From an uncultured delta proteobacterium (GTDB lineage: Bacteria; Myxococcota; Myxococcia; Myxococcales; Myxococcaceae), in contig CAWCKH010000004.1 of the NCBI GenBank assembly GCA_963796055.1, forward strand, positions 640,001 through 704,000: 64,000 bases of DNA. The letters run 5' to 3'. Of the stretch, positions 19,905-30,918 are shown one piece after another (position 1 is the stretch's first letter; the number at the start of each line of letters is the position of its first letter). A program made the translations under genes and the position numbers. The notes under the pieces are model-generated. The model was not told the DNA's origin. It did no database searches and worked only from the letters and a program-made list of their open reading frames with translations.

Positions 19905-21157
19905 CGACCCGTCCCTCGCGTGCGGAGCCGCAGCCAGTCCAGCGCGGCGTAGGCGCTCGCGGTGCGGATCTGCTCCCGGTCGCCGTGGAACCGGTGGGCC
20001 CGGACCTCATTGCCCTCCGGGCCGTCGAGGCCGATGAAGACCGTGCCCACCGGCTTCTCCGCCGTGCCGCCGTCGGGGCCGGCGATGCCGGTGACCGAAA
20101 GCGCCCAGGTGCTCCCCGCCGACGCCCGGGCACCGCGCGCCATCTGCTGAGCCACCGGCTCGGACACCGCGCCGTTCGCCACCAGCGTCGGGTGCGCCAC
20201 CCCCACCCAGCGCTCCTTGAGGTCGTTGGCGTAAGCGACCGCGCCGCCGAGGAAGTACGCGCTCGAGCCCGGCGTCTCGGTCAGCATGTCGGCGATGCGG
20301 CCGCCGGTGCAGCTCTCGGCCAGGGCCAGCGTCTCCCGGCGGGCGAGCAGCTGTCGCCCCACCACCCCGCCCATCGTGTCCCCGTCCACCCCGAAGAGGT
20401 GGTCGCCCAGCAGCGGCCGGGACGCCGCGTCCGCGGCCTCGAGCGCCTCCTGGGCTTCCTCCCGGGTCCGCCCCTCGGCCATGAGCTTCAGGTGGTTCTC
20501 CGGGAAATGGGTCCGGAACCCGAAGGTCACCCTCGGATGGGCCGCGAGCAGCGGGCGCACCCGGGCGTCCAGGTGCGACTCGGCGAGGAACACCGTCTTC
20601 AAGAGGCGCAGCGCCCGGAAGCCGGTCTCCCCCCGCTCGGCCCGCAGCGCGTCGATGCACGGCAGCACCGCGGTCTCCACCAGCGCCCGGTACTCGCGCG
20701 GCACCCCGGGGACGAAGAAGAGCACCGCCTTCCCCAGCCGCAGGACGAACATCGGCGCGCTGCCCGCCGGGTTGAGCACCACCTCGGCGCCGGCGGGCAC
20801 CTTCGCCTGCTTGATGTTGTTCTCGGTGACGGTGAGCCCGCGCTTCGCGAAGCGTTCCTTCAAGGCCGCCAGCGCCCCCTCGTGCACCACCAGGGGCACG
20901 CCCGTCGCCTCGGCCGCCACCTCGGCGGTCAGGTCGTCCGCGGTCGGGCCCAGCCCACCCGAGACCAGCACCGCGTCCGCCCGGGCCGAGAGCGACCGGA
21001 GCGCCTCGAGGATCTCCTCGCGGACGTCCCCGACCACCGTCGTCCGCGCTACCTGAAGCCCGTGGGCCAGCAGCTGCTCCTGGAACCAGGTGCTGTTGGT
21101 GTCCGTCGTCACGCCGGTGAGCAGCTCGTCACCGGTACACAGTGCCTCGATGCGCAT
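19901..21157 (-). CDS. cinA: CinA, competence/damage-inducible protein with NMN deamidase domain
   Basis: GDELLTG..DTNS, SGGLGPTADD, PGVPRE, AESCTGG, GSSAYF, TGIAGPDGG. Confidence 0.93.
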   Translation of the reverse strand: MRIEALCTGDELLTGVTTDTNSTWFQEQLLAHGLQVARTTVVGDVREEILEALRSLSARADAVLVSGGLGPTADDLTAEVAAEATGVPLVVHEGALAALKERFAKRGLTVTENNIKQAKVPAGAEVVLNPAGSAPMFVLRLGKAVLFFVPGVPREYRALVETAVLPCIDALRAERGETGFRALRLLKTVFLAESHLDARVRPLLAAHPRVTFGFRTHFPENHLKLMAEGRTREEAQEALEAADAASRPLLGDHLFGVDGDTMGGVVGRQLLARRETLALAESCTGGRIADMLTETPGSSAYFLGGAVAYANDLKERWVGVAHPTLVANGAVSEPVAQQMARGARASAGSTWALSVTGIAGPDGGTAEKPVGTVFIGLDGPEGNEVRAHRFHGDREQIRTASAYAALDWLRLRTRGTGR

Positions 21158-21181
21158 TGCTGGATGTCCGGGACGACGGAC

Positions 21182-22009
21182 TTACAAGAAATCCTGCTCG
21201 TCCACCTCGTCCTCGTCCTCGAGCACGCCCTCGGCGGGCATGGGCTGGCCGGCCTCGCGCCGGGCGGAGAGGTGACGCCCGAGCAGCAGACCGGACTCGA
21301 CGAACCCCAGCAGCAGATAGGCGCCGAAGTACACCACCAGCACGTACGCGGGGTGGATACGGGTGGCGACCAGCACCCCGGCCAGGCACACCAGCATGAA
21401 GATGCTCAGGGTCCGGCGGTTGATGCGCACGTCCTTGAAGGTCCGGTAGCGGAGCGTGGAGACCATCAGGAGCGCCAGCACTGCCACCACGACGGCGATC
21501 GGCACCCGGGCGCCGGTGCCCAGCGGATCGCCGCCCCGCATCCCGTGGTGGGCGATGACCATGGAGACGATCATCCCCGCGGCGAGCGGGATGGGCAGGC
21601 CGACGAAGAAGCGGCTGCTCCCGGAGTGGTCGGTCGAGTGGGCCAGCACGTTGAACCGCGCCAGGCGGAGCGCTCCGCAGGCGGTGTACAGGAAGGACAC
21701 CAGCAGCCCCACCAGGCCCAGCGGGGCCAGCGCCCACTTGTACACCAGCATCGCCGGGACGACCCCGAAGGAGATGACGTCGGCCAGGCTGTCCAGCTCC
21801 ACCCCGAACTGGCTCTGGGTCCGGGTGAGGCGCGCCACGCGCCCGTCGAATCCGTCGAAGAACATGGCGAAGAAGATCGCCAGCGCTGCCTGGTAGAGCT
21901 GGGAAGGGCTGGCCTCGCCAGCACAGAGCGTGAGGGCGTAGAAGCCGCAGAAGATCGACGTGATGGTGAACAGGTTGGGCAGGACGAACTTGAGCTTGTG
22001 CAGCTTCAT
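21182..22009 (-). CDS. pssA: CDP-diacylglycerol--serine O-phosphatidyltransferase
   Basis: LPNLFT, DGFDGRVAR..SQFGVELDSLADVISFGVVP, RLARFN, FVGLPIP. Confidence 0.92.
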   Translation of the reverse strand: MKLHKLKFVLPNLFTITSIFCGFYALTLCAGEASPSQLYQAALAIFFAMFFDGFDGRVARLTRTQSQFGVELDSLADVISFGVVPAMLVYKWALAPLGLVGLLVSFLYTACGALRLARFNVLAHSTDHSGSSRFFVGLPIPLAAGMIVSMVIAHHGMRGGDPLGTGARVPIAVVVAVLALLMVSTLRYRTFKDVRINRRTLSIFMLVCLAGVLVATRIHPAYVLVVYFGAYLLLGFVESGLLLGRHLSARREAGQPMPAEGVLEDEDEVDEQDFL

Positions 22010-22080
22010 CGATCTCCGGCCCCTGCGACGGACAGGCCTCTGGCGAGACCCTGGCCGCCGGGTCGGGGGACTCTAGCACC

Positions 22081-23202
22081 ATGGACCCGGTCCGGGCCGT
22101 CGCCGCCCTGGGGCTCCTGGCCCTCGTCACCGGGGCTTACCTGGTCGCCGTGCGCGCATACTACCGGTTGCGGAGCCCGCGGCCGGAGCTGGAATTCGTG
22201 ACCACCCCGGACGGGACCCGGATCGCCGTCCACCACCGCCGCCCGGCGGTCCGCCGATTCGCCGAACCGGTGCTGCTCTGTCACGGGCTCGCTGCCAACT
22301 ACGTCAACTTCGACTTCGACCCGCCGCATTCCCTGGCACACGCCTTCGCCGCGGCGGGCTTCGAGGTGCTCAGCGTGGACTGGCGCGGGGCCGGCGCGTC
22401 CCGCGCCCCCCACTTCTGGCAGCGGTTTCTCCACGACGCCGACGACCTCATCGGCCAGGATGGACCGGCACTCCTCGCCCACGCCCTGGAGCGCACCGGC
22501 GCCTCGCGGGCCTTCTGGGTGGGCCACTCGCTGGGCGCGCTGGTCGGATATGGGGTGCTCGGAGGTCCCCACGGGGGTCGCATCCAGGGCATGTGCGCGC
22601 TCGGGGCCCCGGTCTTCTTCCGCTCCACTGGCTGGGTGGTGCGGCTCTCGCGGCTCGCCCTGTGGCTGGCATGGCCGCTCGCCTTTCGGCAGCGGTGGAT
22701 CAGCATCGGGCTGGCCCCGTTCCTGGGGCGGCGGGTGACGCTACCCCTGACCGAGGTGCTCGTCAATCCCAAGGCGATCGCCCCGCCCGTGCTGAGGAAG
22801 ATGTACTGCAACCTCGTCTCCTCCATGAGCTACCGGCTGCTCCGGCAACTGGACGACTGGAGCCGGCACGACGTGTTCCGGAGCCGCGATGGAGCGATCG
22901 ACTACCGGGCCCGGCTGCGCCAGGTGACGACGCCGGCACTGGTCCTGGGAGGAAGCCAGGACGGGCTGGCCACGCCACAGGCAGTGCTGGGCCAGGCGGA
23001 GCTGCTGGGCTCGGAGGACAAGACGGTCATGCTCTTCGGGCGCGAGAACGGCGACACGCTCGACTACGGGCACGGCGACCTCCTCTTCGGCGAGCACGCC
23101 CCGGTGGAAGTCTACCCGCGCATCCTCCGCTGGGTGGCGGACCGGGCTTCCCCGTGGTCGGAACCCACGCCCGCGTCCCTGCCAGTCAGCGTCGAGGGGT
23201 GA
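22081..23202 (+). CDS. Alpha/beta hydrolase (PhaC-like) with N-terminal anchor
   Basis: PVLLCHGL, WVGHSLG, GSQD, DYGHGDL. Confidence 0.85.
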   Translation: MDPVRAVAALGLLALVTGAYLVAVRAYYRLRSPRPELEFVTTPDGTRIAVHHRRPAVRRFAEPVLLCHGLAANYVNFDFDPPHSLAHAFAAAGFEVLSVDWRGAGASRAPHFWQRFLHDADDLIGQDGPALLAHALERTGASRAFWVGHSLGALVGYGVLGGPHGGRIQGMCALGAPVFFRSTGWVVRLSRLALWLAWPLAFRQRWISIGLAPFLGRRVTLPLTEVLVNPKAIAPPVLRKMYCNLVSSMSYRLLRQLDDWSRHDVFRSRDGAIDYRARLRQVTTPALVLGGSQDGLATPQAVLGQAELLGSEDKTVMLFGRENGDTLDYGHGDLLFGEHAPVEVYPRILRWVADRASPWSEPTPASLPVSVEG

Positions 23203-24642
23203 CGGCCCAGGCGCCATGCACGCAGGAGGCAGGCATGGGCGTCACGTCCCCGGTCCAGCCGTCGATCTCCACCTCCACCCCCTGGCTGCACTCGGCCCAC
23301 AGCGGGCCATCCCGGTTGGAGCGGGCGGTGATGCCCCGGAGCTTCGCCGTGCCGCGCTCGGTGACCAGCACCGCGGGCCCGTTCGTCCCCTCGATGGACA
23401 CCTCGCTCGCGCTGAGCCGTGCCTCGGTCTCCACCGCCACTCCCGCCACGCCGGCGTCATGGACGGTGGAGCGGGCGAGCGTCACCGTCGCCGCCTCGGC
23501 GGCGAGGATGCCGATGCCGCTGCACTCCTGGACCCGGAGACCGCCCAGGGTGGCACGGCCCCCGCGGATCTGGATGGCATCCCCCTCCGCGGAGTCGGCA
23601 CCGCGCGGGCCGGAGATGACTCCCCCGTCGATCGTGAGCTGGGTGCTGCGCGCCACGACCCCCGAGGAGACGCCGCCCTGCACCTCGAGGCCGCTGATCC
23701 GCACCTCGGAGGAGACCAGCTGCACTCCGCCCATCGGTCCGGCCGACTCGATGTGGACATCCTCGAGAACCGCCTGGCTGCGGACCAGCGCCAGACCCGC
23801 TCGCTCCGCGCCGATGGACCGCACGGTCCTGCCCTCGACGCTCGCGGCAGTGCCGGTCAGCAGCCCGTACTCGTGTCCGTTGACGCGGACATCGCGGAGC
23901 TGGAGGTGCCCGCCGGCGACGTAGAGGCCCGGTCCGCGACCGCCACGGACCTCCATCGAATCGACCACCGCCGTTCCGCCGGAGAGCCAGAGGCCGGTCA
24001 CCGCATCCTGAACCTGGACTCCCGACAGGCGGAGCATCGCCGGGCCGCTGGCGTCCACCGCGCGCTGGAACGGTCCCTGGAACCGGACGTGCCGGAGCTC
24101 CGCCTTCCCGCCCCGGAGCACCCGCACCCCGGGAATCCCGGAGACCGAGGCGTGGAGCGCCGATCCGGTGAGGAGCAGCTCGGCGCCGCCGGTGACCTCC
24201 AGCGCCGCCCCCCGCTGCCCGCTGAAGCCCACCGCGGCGAGCGTCGTGCGCCCGAGCTCCACCACCAGGCCCTCCGCTCCCCCTGGATCTGCACGCCCTC
24301 CAGCCGCACCGTGCCGCGCGTCCGCAGACAGGTTCCGGGAGCGGAGGCGGCCACCACCACCGCCTCGCCGCCGACGAGCTCCACGTCCTCGAGGACCAGA
24401 CCGCCCTGATACACCCCCGCGGCCAGGCGAAGGCGCCCGCGGCCCAGCGCATCGGCGAGCGCGCGGAACGGGCGCTCACGGCTGCCGTCACCCCCGGGAG
24501 CTGCCGAGGCGTCCACGAAGACCTCGGTCGCCACCCCGGCATCGGCGGCGGCGAGGGTCGTACCCGGGCGCGGCGCCGTGTCCTGCGGCGGGACGACGGC
24601 GGAGCACGCGGCCCAGACCAGCACGCCCAGCACCAGGGGCAC
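23186..24642 (-). CDS. Right-handed beta-helix repeat lipoprotein (DUF1565-like), frameshifted at 24279-24283
   Basis: 5' part: VPLVLGVLVWAAC...VFVDASAAPGGDGSRERPFRALADAL..LAAGVY. It joins ORF 23186..24265 (beta-helix repeats) if the G5 run is read as G6, giving QGGAEGLVVE. Confidence 0.75.
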
Positions 24643-24662
24643 CGGGAGGCGGGCCGGCCCGC

Positions 24663-25652
24663 TCAGGCGCCCGGTCCCTCCGGCTTGCGCGCCGCGGCGG
24701 TCTTCGGGCGCTTCGGCGGATGGGCGATCACCACCGGCTTCGGCCCTCCGTCGCCCACCAGCTTCGCGAATTCCTTGAGCGGATCGCGGACGACGTCGTC
24801 CTTCCAGTACTCGAAGTGGAGGTGCACGCCGGTGGCGGTGCCGGTCCTGCCGGCGAGCCCCAGCGGCATCCCCTTCACCACCTGCGTGCCCTCGAGCACC
24901 AGCGTGCGCGCCAGGTGGCTGTAGCGCGTGATCCGTCCGTTGCCGTGGTCGACGGTGACCTCGTAGCCGTAGCCGTGCATCCAGCCGGCGCGCACCACGA
25001 TGCCGGCCCCGGCGGCCATCACCGGCTGGTTTCGCTCGGCGGCCAGATCGATGCCCGAGTGCATCTTGTTGCGGTGGGCGATCGGGTGGAACCGGCGGCC
25101 GAAGCGGCTGGTCACGCGCACCTCGTCCAGCGGCCACTGGAACCGGGGACCCGGAGGAGGCCCCATCCGGGCGTCGAGGAGGGCGAGCCGCGCCTCCAGC
25201 GACTGGACCAGCTCGGGAGAGACCCCGCCGTACGCCTGAGCGTCCCGGTCCAGCGCGGCCCTCAGCGAGCCCCGGGCGATCTGCAGGTCCTCGGCGTCGC
25301 TCTCGCTGGCCGGAACGGCCAGGAAGCGATCCACGTCGGCCTGGATCCGCTCCCAGGCGGCGCGCTCGGAGTCCGGCATCGTGGACCCCGGCTCGGCCTC
25401 GCTCCGCCTCGCCTCGGCCTCGAGGACGAAGGCCACCAGCCGGGCCCGGAGGAGGCTCGAGGTCATCGGCTCATCGGGGGGTGCAGGCACCGCCAGGGGA
25501 TGCAGCGCCGGCTCGGGCCTCACCGGCTCACCGGTGCCCGGAAGCCGGACCAGCTCGATGGGCTCGGAGGTGAGGGCTCCGGGGACGCGGGCCGTGGCAC
25601 AGCCCACGAGGGTCAGGGCGGCCAGGGCTATGACGAAGGCGTGACCGGTCAT
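24663..25652 (-). CDS. M23 family metallopeptidase lipoprotein
   Basis: Lipobox LVGC; TSRFGRRFHP, HSGID, TRYSHL, TGVHLHFE. Confidence 0.9.
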   Translation of the reverse strand: MTGHAFVIALAALTLVGCATARVPGALTSEPIELVRLPGTGEPVRPEPALHPLAVPAPPDEPMTSSLLRARLVAFVLEAEARRSEAEPGSTMPDSERAAWERIQADVDRFLAVPASESDAEDLQIARGSLRAALDRDAQAYGGVSPELVQSLEARLALLDARMGPPPGPRFQWPLDEVRVTSRFGRRFHPIAHRNKMHSGIDLAAERNQPVMAAGAGIVVRAGWMHGYGYEVTVDHGNGRITRYSHLARTLVLEGTQVVKGMPLGLAGRTGTATGVHLHFEYWKDDVVRDPLKEFAKLVGDGGPKPVVIAHPPKRPKTAAARKPEGPGA

Positions 25653-25749
25653 CGTCCATGCGCTGCCGGCCGCGATGCCGTGTCAGCCTAGAGACCCTCG
25701 CCCACGAGCCACGCGCCCGTCCAGACAAAAGGACGGACCGCACAGGTGC

Positions 25750-26784
25750 CTACTTGCCCTCCAGGGAGGCGCGCACGATGTCTGCTGCGCGCTCGCACCC
25801 GGCCCGGTCCACGTCGAGGTGGCAGACCAGGCGAAGTGCGTGGGGCCCCACCGAGTTCACCAGCAGCCCCGCCGCGCGGAGCCGGGCGACGAGGGGCGCT
25901 GCCTCGACCGGGACATCGGCGTAGACCATGTTGGTCTCGACCCGATCGAGCTCCACCCGGACCCCGGGGACGTCGGCGAGACGGCGCGCCAGCACCCGGG
26001 CGTTCTGGTGGTCCTCGGCAAGCCGGGCCACGTGGTGGTCCAGCGCATAGAGGCACGCCGCGGCGAGGATGCCGGCCTGGCGCATGCCTCCTCCGAGCCG
26101 CTTGCGGAGCCGCCGGGCCTCGGCGACGAAGTCCTTGCTCCCGGCGACCACCGAGCCCACCGGTGCACCGAGCCCCTTGCTGAAGCAGACGGTGGTGGAG
26201 TCCGTCAGGTGCGCCCAGGTGCTGGCCGGCACGCCCGCGGCGACCTCGGCGTTGAACAGCCGGGCGCCATCGAGGTGCACCAGCAGCCCCGCGCTCCGAG
26301 CGGCCGCGACCGCGTCGGTGAACGCTCCCGGCTTCCACACCGTGCCTCCGCCGCGGTTGTGGGTGTTCTCGATGATCAGCAGGCGCGAGCGCGGCAGGTG
26401 ATCGTCGTGCCCGCGGAACGCGGCCAGGATCTGCGCCGGGGTGAGCAGGCCCCGCTCGCCGACGACGGTGCGCGGCTGCACGCCCCACAGGGCACCCATG
26501 GCCCCGTTCTCGTAGTGGAAGGGGTGGCTGCCCGCCTCGAGGATGACCTCCTCGCCGGGGCGGGTGTGGACGCCGATGGCCACCTGGTTGCCCTGCGTGC
26601 CGGAGGGGACGAAGAGCGCCGCCTCCAGGCCGAGGCGCTCGGCGACCCGGGCCTCGAGCGCCCGGACCGTGGGATCCTCGCCGTAGACGTCGTCCCCGAC
26701 CTCGGCCTCGGCCATCGCACGGCGCATGCCCGGGGTCGGGCGGGTGACGGTGTCGGAGCGCAGGTCGATGGGAGCGGTGGCCAC
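25750..26784 (-). CDS. ltaE: Low-specificity L-threonine aldolase
   Basis: [51 protein letters not shown]. Confidence 0.93.
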   Translation of the reverse strand: MATAPIDLRSDTVTRPTPGMRRAMAEAEVGDDVYGEDPTVRALEARVAERLGLEAALFVPSGTQGNQVAIGVHTRPGEEVILEAGSHPFHYENGAMGALWGVQPRTVVGERGLLTPAQILAAFRGHDDHLPRSRLLIIENTHNRGGGTVWKPGAFTDAVAAARSAGLLVHLDGARLFNAEVAAGVPASTWAHLTDSTTVCFSKGLGAPVGSVVAGSKDFVAEARRLRKRLGGGMRQAGILAAACLYALDHHVARLAEDHQNARVLARRLADVPGVRVELDRVETNMVYADVPVEAAPLVARLRAAGLLVNSVGPHALRLVCHLDVDRAGCERAADIVRASLEGK

Positions 26785-26810
26785 GCCGGGGTCCGTACTA
26801 CAACCGGGGC

Positions 26811-27596
26811 ATGGCTCGCGAGACGGTGGCCGAGCGAAAAGTGCGCGCGGTGAAAGTGATCGAGCGGCTGGACGCGTCCATGCCCGAGGCCCACATCGAG
26901 CTGGACTACCGGACGCCGCTGCAGCTGGTGACCGCGGTCATCCTCGCCGCCCAGTGCACCGACAAGCGGGTGAACATGGTGACTCCCGCGCTGTTCCAGC
27001 GCTACCCCGACGCGCAGGCGCTGGCCGACGCCGACACTCCGGAGCTGGAGAAGATGATCCACAGCTGCGGCTTCTTCCGCGCCAAGGCGAAGGCGCTGAA
27101 GGGCATGGCGGCGGCGGTGGCCGAGCAGCACGGCGGCGAGGTACCCACCGCGCGGGCCGAGCTCGCCGCGCTCCCCGGCGTGGGCCCGAAGACCGCGGGC
27201 GTGGTCACGGTGCACCTCGGCGGCGAGCCGGCCTTCCCGGTGGACACGCACGTCAAGCGGCTCTCGCGGCGGCTGGGCTTCAGCCGGCGCGAGGACCCGA
27301 GCCGCATCGAGGAGGACCTCCAGGCGCTCCTCTCGCCGGAGCTGTGGGCCAAGGGGCACCAGCTGCTGGTGTGGCACGGGCGAAGGACCTGCTTCGCCCG
27401 GTCACCGGCCTGCGAGCGATGCGTTGTTCGGGACCTCTGCCCGCGGATCGGCGTGGCCAAGGCCAAGGCCACCGTGGTGAAGGGCGCGCGGCCTCCGAGA
27501 TCGGCGGCGGTCGTCCCCCCTCCGCCTCGCCGGGGTGGGCCGAAGAAGAAGCAGCGCCGTCGGTCGCCCGGCCGGGCGAGCCCCGTCTCCGGGTAG
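26811..27596 (+). CDS. nth: Endonuclease III
   Basis: AQCTDKRVN, HhH motif [13 protein letters not shown], 4Fe-4S motif CxxxxxxCxxCxxxxxC, basic C-terminal tail. Confidence 0.93.
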   Translation: MARETVAERKVRAVKVIERLDASMPEAHIELDYRTPLQLVTAVILAAQCTDKRVNMVTPALFQRYPDAQALADADTPELEKMIHSCGFFRAKAKALKGMAAAVAEQHGGEVPTARAELAALPGVGPKTAGVVTVHLGGEPAFPVDTHVKRLSRRLGFSRREDPSRIEEDLQALLSPELWAKGHQLLVWHGRRTCFARSPACERCVVRDLCPRIGVAKAKATVVKGARPPRSAAVVPPPPRRGGPKKKQRRRSPGRASPVSG

Positions 27597-27655
27597 CCCC
27601 CCTGGTGCTCTTCTGAGCACGCTGGTCTGCGCCAGCGCAGGGGGCGCTCCGCTGC

Positions 27656-30235
27656 TCAGCGTGGTGACGGATGGTCCGGCCACGACAGGAGCAGGACCTT
27701 GCTCTGCCGCACCGCGTAGCTGAAGCCAACGGCCCCGCCTCCTGCAGCCACCTTGAGCCGGAAGATCCAGTCGACGGCGCTGATGTCGGGCGGGGCGATC
27801 GTCACGAACGGCCGGCGAGCACCGGTCCTGAGATCAAGGCTGAAGACCCGCGCGGGCACCTCGTGCAGCGGCCGGACGAACAGGTTGCCGCTGGAGTCGA
27901 ACCCCGCCGGAGCCCAGGGCTCACCCGGCAAGGGCAGTGGAGTGGCCGAACCACCCTCGACGGGGAAGAGGGTGAGCACCCCGCCGTGGCCGATGGCCGC
28001 CACCAGGCGCCCGTCCGGGGAGATCTCCAGGAAGTAGCCCTCGAGGTCCGGCGAGGAGATGGGGCGCTGCTCCCCCGTCTCGCGGTCCACCCAGTGCACG
28101 GCGAACCCGGGCGCCCCCTCGGCACGGGCGATGACCGCCACGTGTCGACCGTCGGGGGCGAAGCGCGCCCGGCGGATCAACCGGAGCCGGGTCAGCTCCA
28201 GGGTCTGCTTGAGCCCGACCCCGGTGGGAAGGAACAGCAGCTGCCGTGACTCGGGCACCTCGTGCGCGCGGATGGCGAGAACCCACTTCCCGTCGGGAGA
28301 GAGACCCAGCCCCTTGGCATCCGCGAGGTGGACCGGGGCGGCGTCGACCCTTCTCAGGTTCGCGACCCGGTCGTTCTCGCTGAAGAGGATGGTAGAGCCG
28401 TCGTCCGAGATGTCGTCGAGGATCGACTGGTCGAGCCAGGAGAGGTCCCTCGCCGGCTGGTCCGATCCCGGTCGCAGCAGCGCGGTCTTGGTGCGCCGCT
28501 CGAAGCTGACCGCCAGCACCCGCCCATCCGGCGCGATGTCCTGAAGAATGAGATCGCTGGTTCCGCGGTACACGAGCCGCGACTGACCTTCGAGGGTCAC
28601 CGCCCAGAGTGACATCGGCGCCTCGTCGTCGCGCGTGAACCAGATTTCCTCTCCGCCGGGAGACCAGGCCACGCCTGCGATCTGCGCGGTACTGCGGGCC
28701 AGGACCCGGGCTTGCCCAAAGGTGTCCACCACCATCAGCTCCCCGGGGTAGTCGTAGAGCGACGGGTGATCGATGAAGGCCACCTGGTCTCCCCGTGGTG
28801 AGACCCGCAGATGGCTCAGCCAGCCGCTGGACTGATGGAGGACCTTCCCCACCGGAAACTCCAGGCGACTGACCGACCCGACCTGGTGAATGACTGCCAG
28901 GTCGGCCCCGTCGGGCGACCAGTCGGCGTAGCTCACCCCCTCGAGCAGCTCGCGCGGAGCGCCACCCACGATGGGGAGAACGGCGAGCGTTCCTCGGCAG
29001 CCGTCCTCGAAGAGTCGCCACGACGGCCGCAGCGCCACTGCGAGATCCCCCCGCCGGGAGATCGCCAGGAGCTCGGCATTCTCCGGCGACAGCGGGCGAT
29101 AGTCGGGGCGGTCCACGGTGGTGGCGTAGATCCGGGGCAGCTCTCCCGCTGCGGCCCCGGTGTAGAGGACCTCTCGCCCATCGGGGGCGAATCGCGCGGT
29201 CACCGCCTCTCCCCTGCTGAAGGTGAGCTGCTGCACCTGCGGAGAGCCGTCGGCCCCGCGCGGACGACGCAGGGAGACCACCAATGCCGTGCTGAGCACC
29301 AGCAGCAACCCCGCCAGCGCCAGCCCCCACCTCAGGCGCCGAGGGCCCGCGGTCCTCGCCGCCTCCCGCCGCGCCAGGGCCGCTCGCAGGACCTCGAGCT
29401 GGAACGCCAGGTCGCTCGCCGAGTGGTACCGCCGGGGCGGGTCCTTCTCCAGGCAGCGCTGAACCACCTGGGCCACCGGCTCCGGGACGGTGTCCGGAAG
29501 CGGAAGCGGCACCTCGTGGAGGATGGACTGCCCGCTCTCCAGAAGGCTCCCGGGAAAGGCTTGCCGCCCCGAGAGCATCTCGTAGAGCACTGCCCCGAAG
29601 CTGAAGAAGTCGGTGCGCGGATCGACCGCGTCGCCGCGCACCTGCTCCGGAGACATGTAGCCCGGTGACCCGAACACCGCGCCTGCACGGGTGGCTCCGA
29701 CGCCAGCGGCGGCGGTCCCCTCCATCATCCCGTGCGGGCCCGGCTCGAGCGCGGCCGCGACCGCCTTGGCGATCCCGAAGTCGAGGAGCTTCGCTCTGCC
29801 CTCGCGGGTCAAGAAGACGTTCTCCGGCTTGAGGTCCCGGTGGACGATGCCCTGCTCGTGCGCGGCGGCCAGCCCCGCCGCGAGCTGTGCCGCGATCTCC
29901 AGCGCCGTGGCGACCGGCAGGGCTCCGCGCTCGAGCCGACGCCGGAGCGTCTCGCCCCGCAGCAGCTCGGTGACGAGGAACGGGGTCCGGTCGTGGGAAC
30001 CAACGTCGTAGAGGGCGACGACGTTGGGGTCGTTCAACGCGCCGGCGAGCCGGGCCTCGCGCTCGAAGCGCTCGAGCAGCGCAGGGTCGGCGCCCAGCGG
30101 CTCGGAGACCATCTTCAGCGCCACGTCACGCCCGAGCCGCGTGTCCCGGGCCCGGTAGACCTCACCCATGCCGCCGGCGCCGAGCAGCTCGACGATCTCG
30201 TACGGGCCTACCCTGGTTCCGGGTGCCAGGCGCAC
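27656..30235 (-). CDS. Ser/Thr protein kinase with TM segment and TolB/PD40-like beta-propeller
   Basis: GAGGMGEVY, VALK, HRDLKPEN, DFG, YMSPE; TM segment; repeated WSPDG/SPDG units. Confidence 0.92.
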   Translation of the reverse strand: MRLAPGTRVGPYEIVELLGAGGMGEVYRARDTRLGRDVALKMVSEPLGADPALLERFEREARLAGALNDPNVVALYDVGSHDRTPFLVTELLRGETLRRRLERGALPVATALEIAAQLAAGLAAAHEQGIVHRDLKPENVFLTREGRAKLLDFGIAKAVAAALEPGPHGMMEGTAAAGVGATRAGAVFGSPGYMSPEQVRGDAVDPRTDFFSFGAVLYEMLSGRQAFPGSLLESGQSILHEVPLPLPDTVPEPVAQVVQRCLEKDPPRRYHSASDLAFQLEVLRAALARREAARTAGPRRLRWGLALAGLLLVLSTALVVSLRRPRGADGSPQVQQLTFSRGEAVTARFAPDGREVLYTGAAAGELPRIYATTVDRPDYRPLSPENAELLAISRRGDLAVALRPSWRLFEDGCRGTLAVLPIVGGAPRELLEGVSYADWSPDGADLAVIHQVGSVSRLEFPVGKVLHQSSGWLSHLRVSPRGDQVAFIDHPSLYDYPGELMVVDTFGQARVLARSTAQIAGVAWSPGGEEIWFTRDDEAPMSLWAVTLEGQSRLVYRGTSDLILQDIAPDGRVLAVSFERRTKTALLRPGSDQPARDLSWLDQSILDDISDDGSTILFSENDRVANLRRVDAAPVHLADAKGLGLSPDGKWVLAIRAHEVPESRQLLFLPTGVGLKQTLELTRLRLIRRARFAPDGRHVAVIARAEGAPGFAVHWVDRETGEQRPISSPDLEGYFLEISPDGRLVAAIGHGGVLTLFPVEGGSATPLPLPGEPWAPAGFDSSGNLFVRPLHEVPARVFSLDLRTGARRPFVTIAPPDISAVDWIFRLKVAAGGGAVGFSYAVRQSKVLLLSWPDHPSPR

Positions 30236-30241
30236 GAGGCG

Positions 30242-30784
30242 TCAGAGCGCGGTCGAGGCGCCCTGCTCCGGGACGTCCGTGCGCTCCAGCTTCCGCCGCT
30301 TCGCCCGGCGCCGCATCGACAGGCGCTGGAGCACGGGCAGATAGTCCACGTAGAGGCGCCCATCGAGGTGGTCGATCTCGTGCTGCGCCGCGGTGGCCAG
30401 CAGCCCCTCGCAGCGCAGCTGGCGCGGCTGGCCATCGACGTCGAGGTACTCGAGGGTGGCCACCGCCGGGCGCTCGACCTCCTCGGCCTCACCGGGGATG
30501 GACAGGCAGCCCTCGCGGTAGACCGACAACCCGCCCTCGGTGGAGACGATGCGCGGGTTGATCATCGCCACCGGCTGGACCTCGGGCTGGCGTGGACGGG
30601 TGTCGAGCACCAATACGCGCCGGTGCACGCCGATCTGCGGGGCGGCCAGGCCCACGCCAGGCGCGGCGTACATGGTCTCGAACAGGTCGTCGACCAGGGA
30701 ACGGATGGAGCCGTCCACCGCCTCGACCGGAACCGCGCGGCGGCGAAGGACACGGTCGGGCCAGAGGCGAATCTCTCGGATCAT
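30242..30784 (-). CDS. def: Peptide deformylase
   Basis: GVGLAAPQ, EGCLS, QHEIDHLDG. Confidence 0.95.
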   Translation of the reverse strand: MIREIRLWPDRVLRRRAVPVEAVDGSIRSLVDDLFETMYAAPGVGLAAPQIGVHRRVLVLDTRPRQPEVQPVAMINPRIVSTEGGLSVYREGCLSIPGEAEEVERPAVATLEYLDVDGQPRQLRCEGLLATAAQHEIDHLDGRLYVDYLPVLQRLSMRRRAKRRKLERTDVPEQGASTAL

Positions 30785-30918
30785 CGTCCTCCGCGGTCAT
30801 AGTCGCCGCGTGCGACGCGCGCAATCCAGACGGCCCGGGCCCGCGGAGCCTCCCCGCTGGCACCGCCTCCGCCCAGGCTTCCCCGCAACGCCTGCTCCGG
30901 GCTGGTTCGCTGGGTGGA

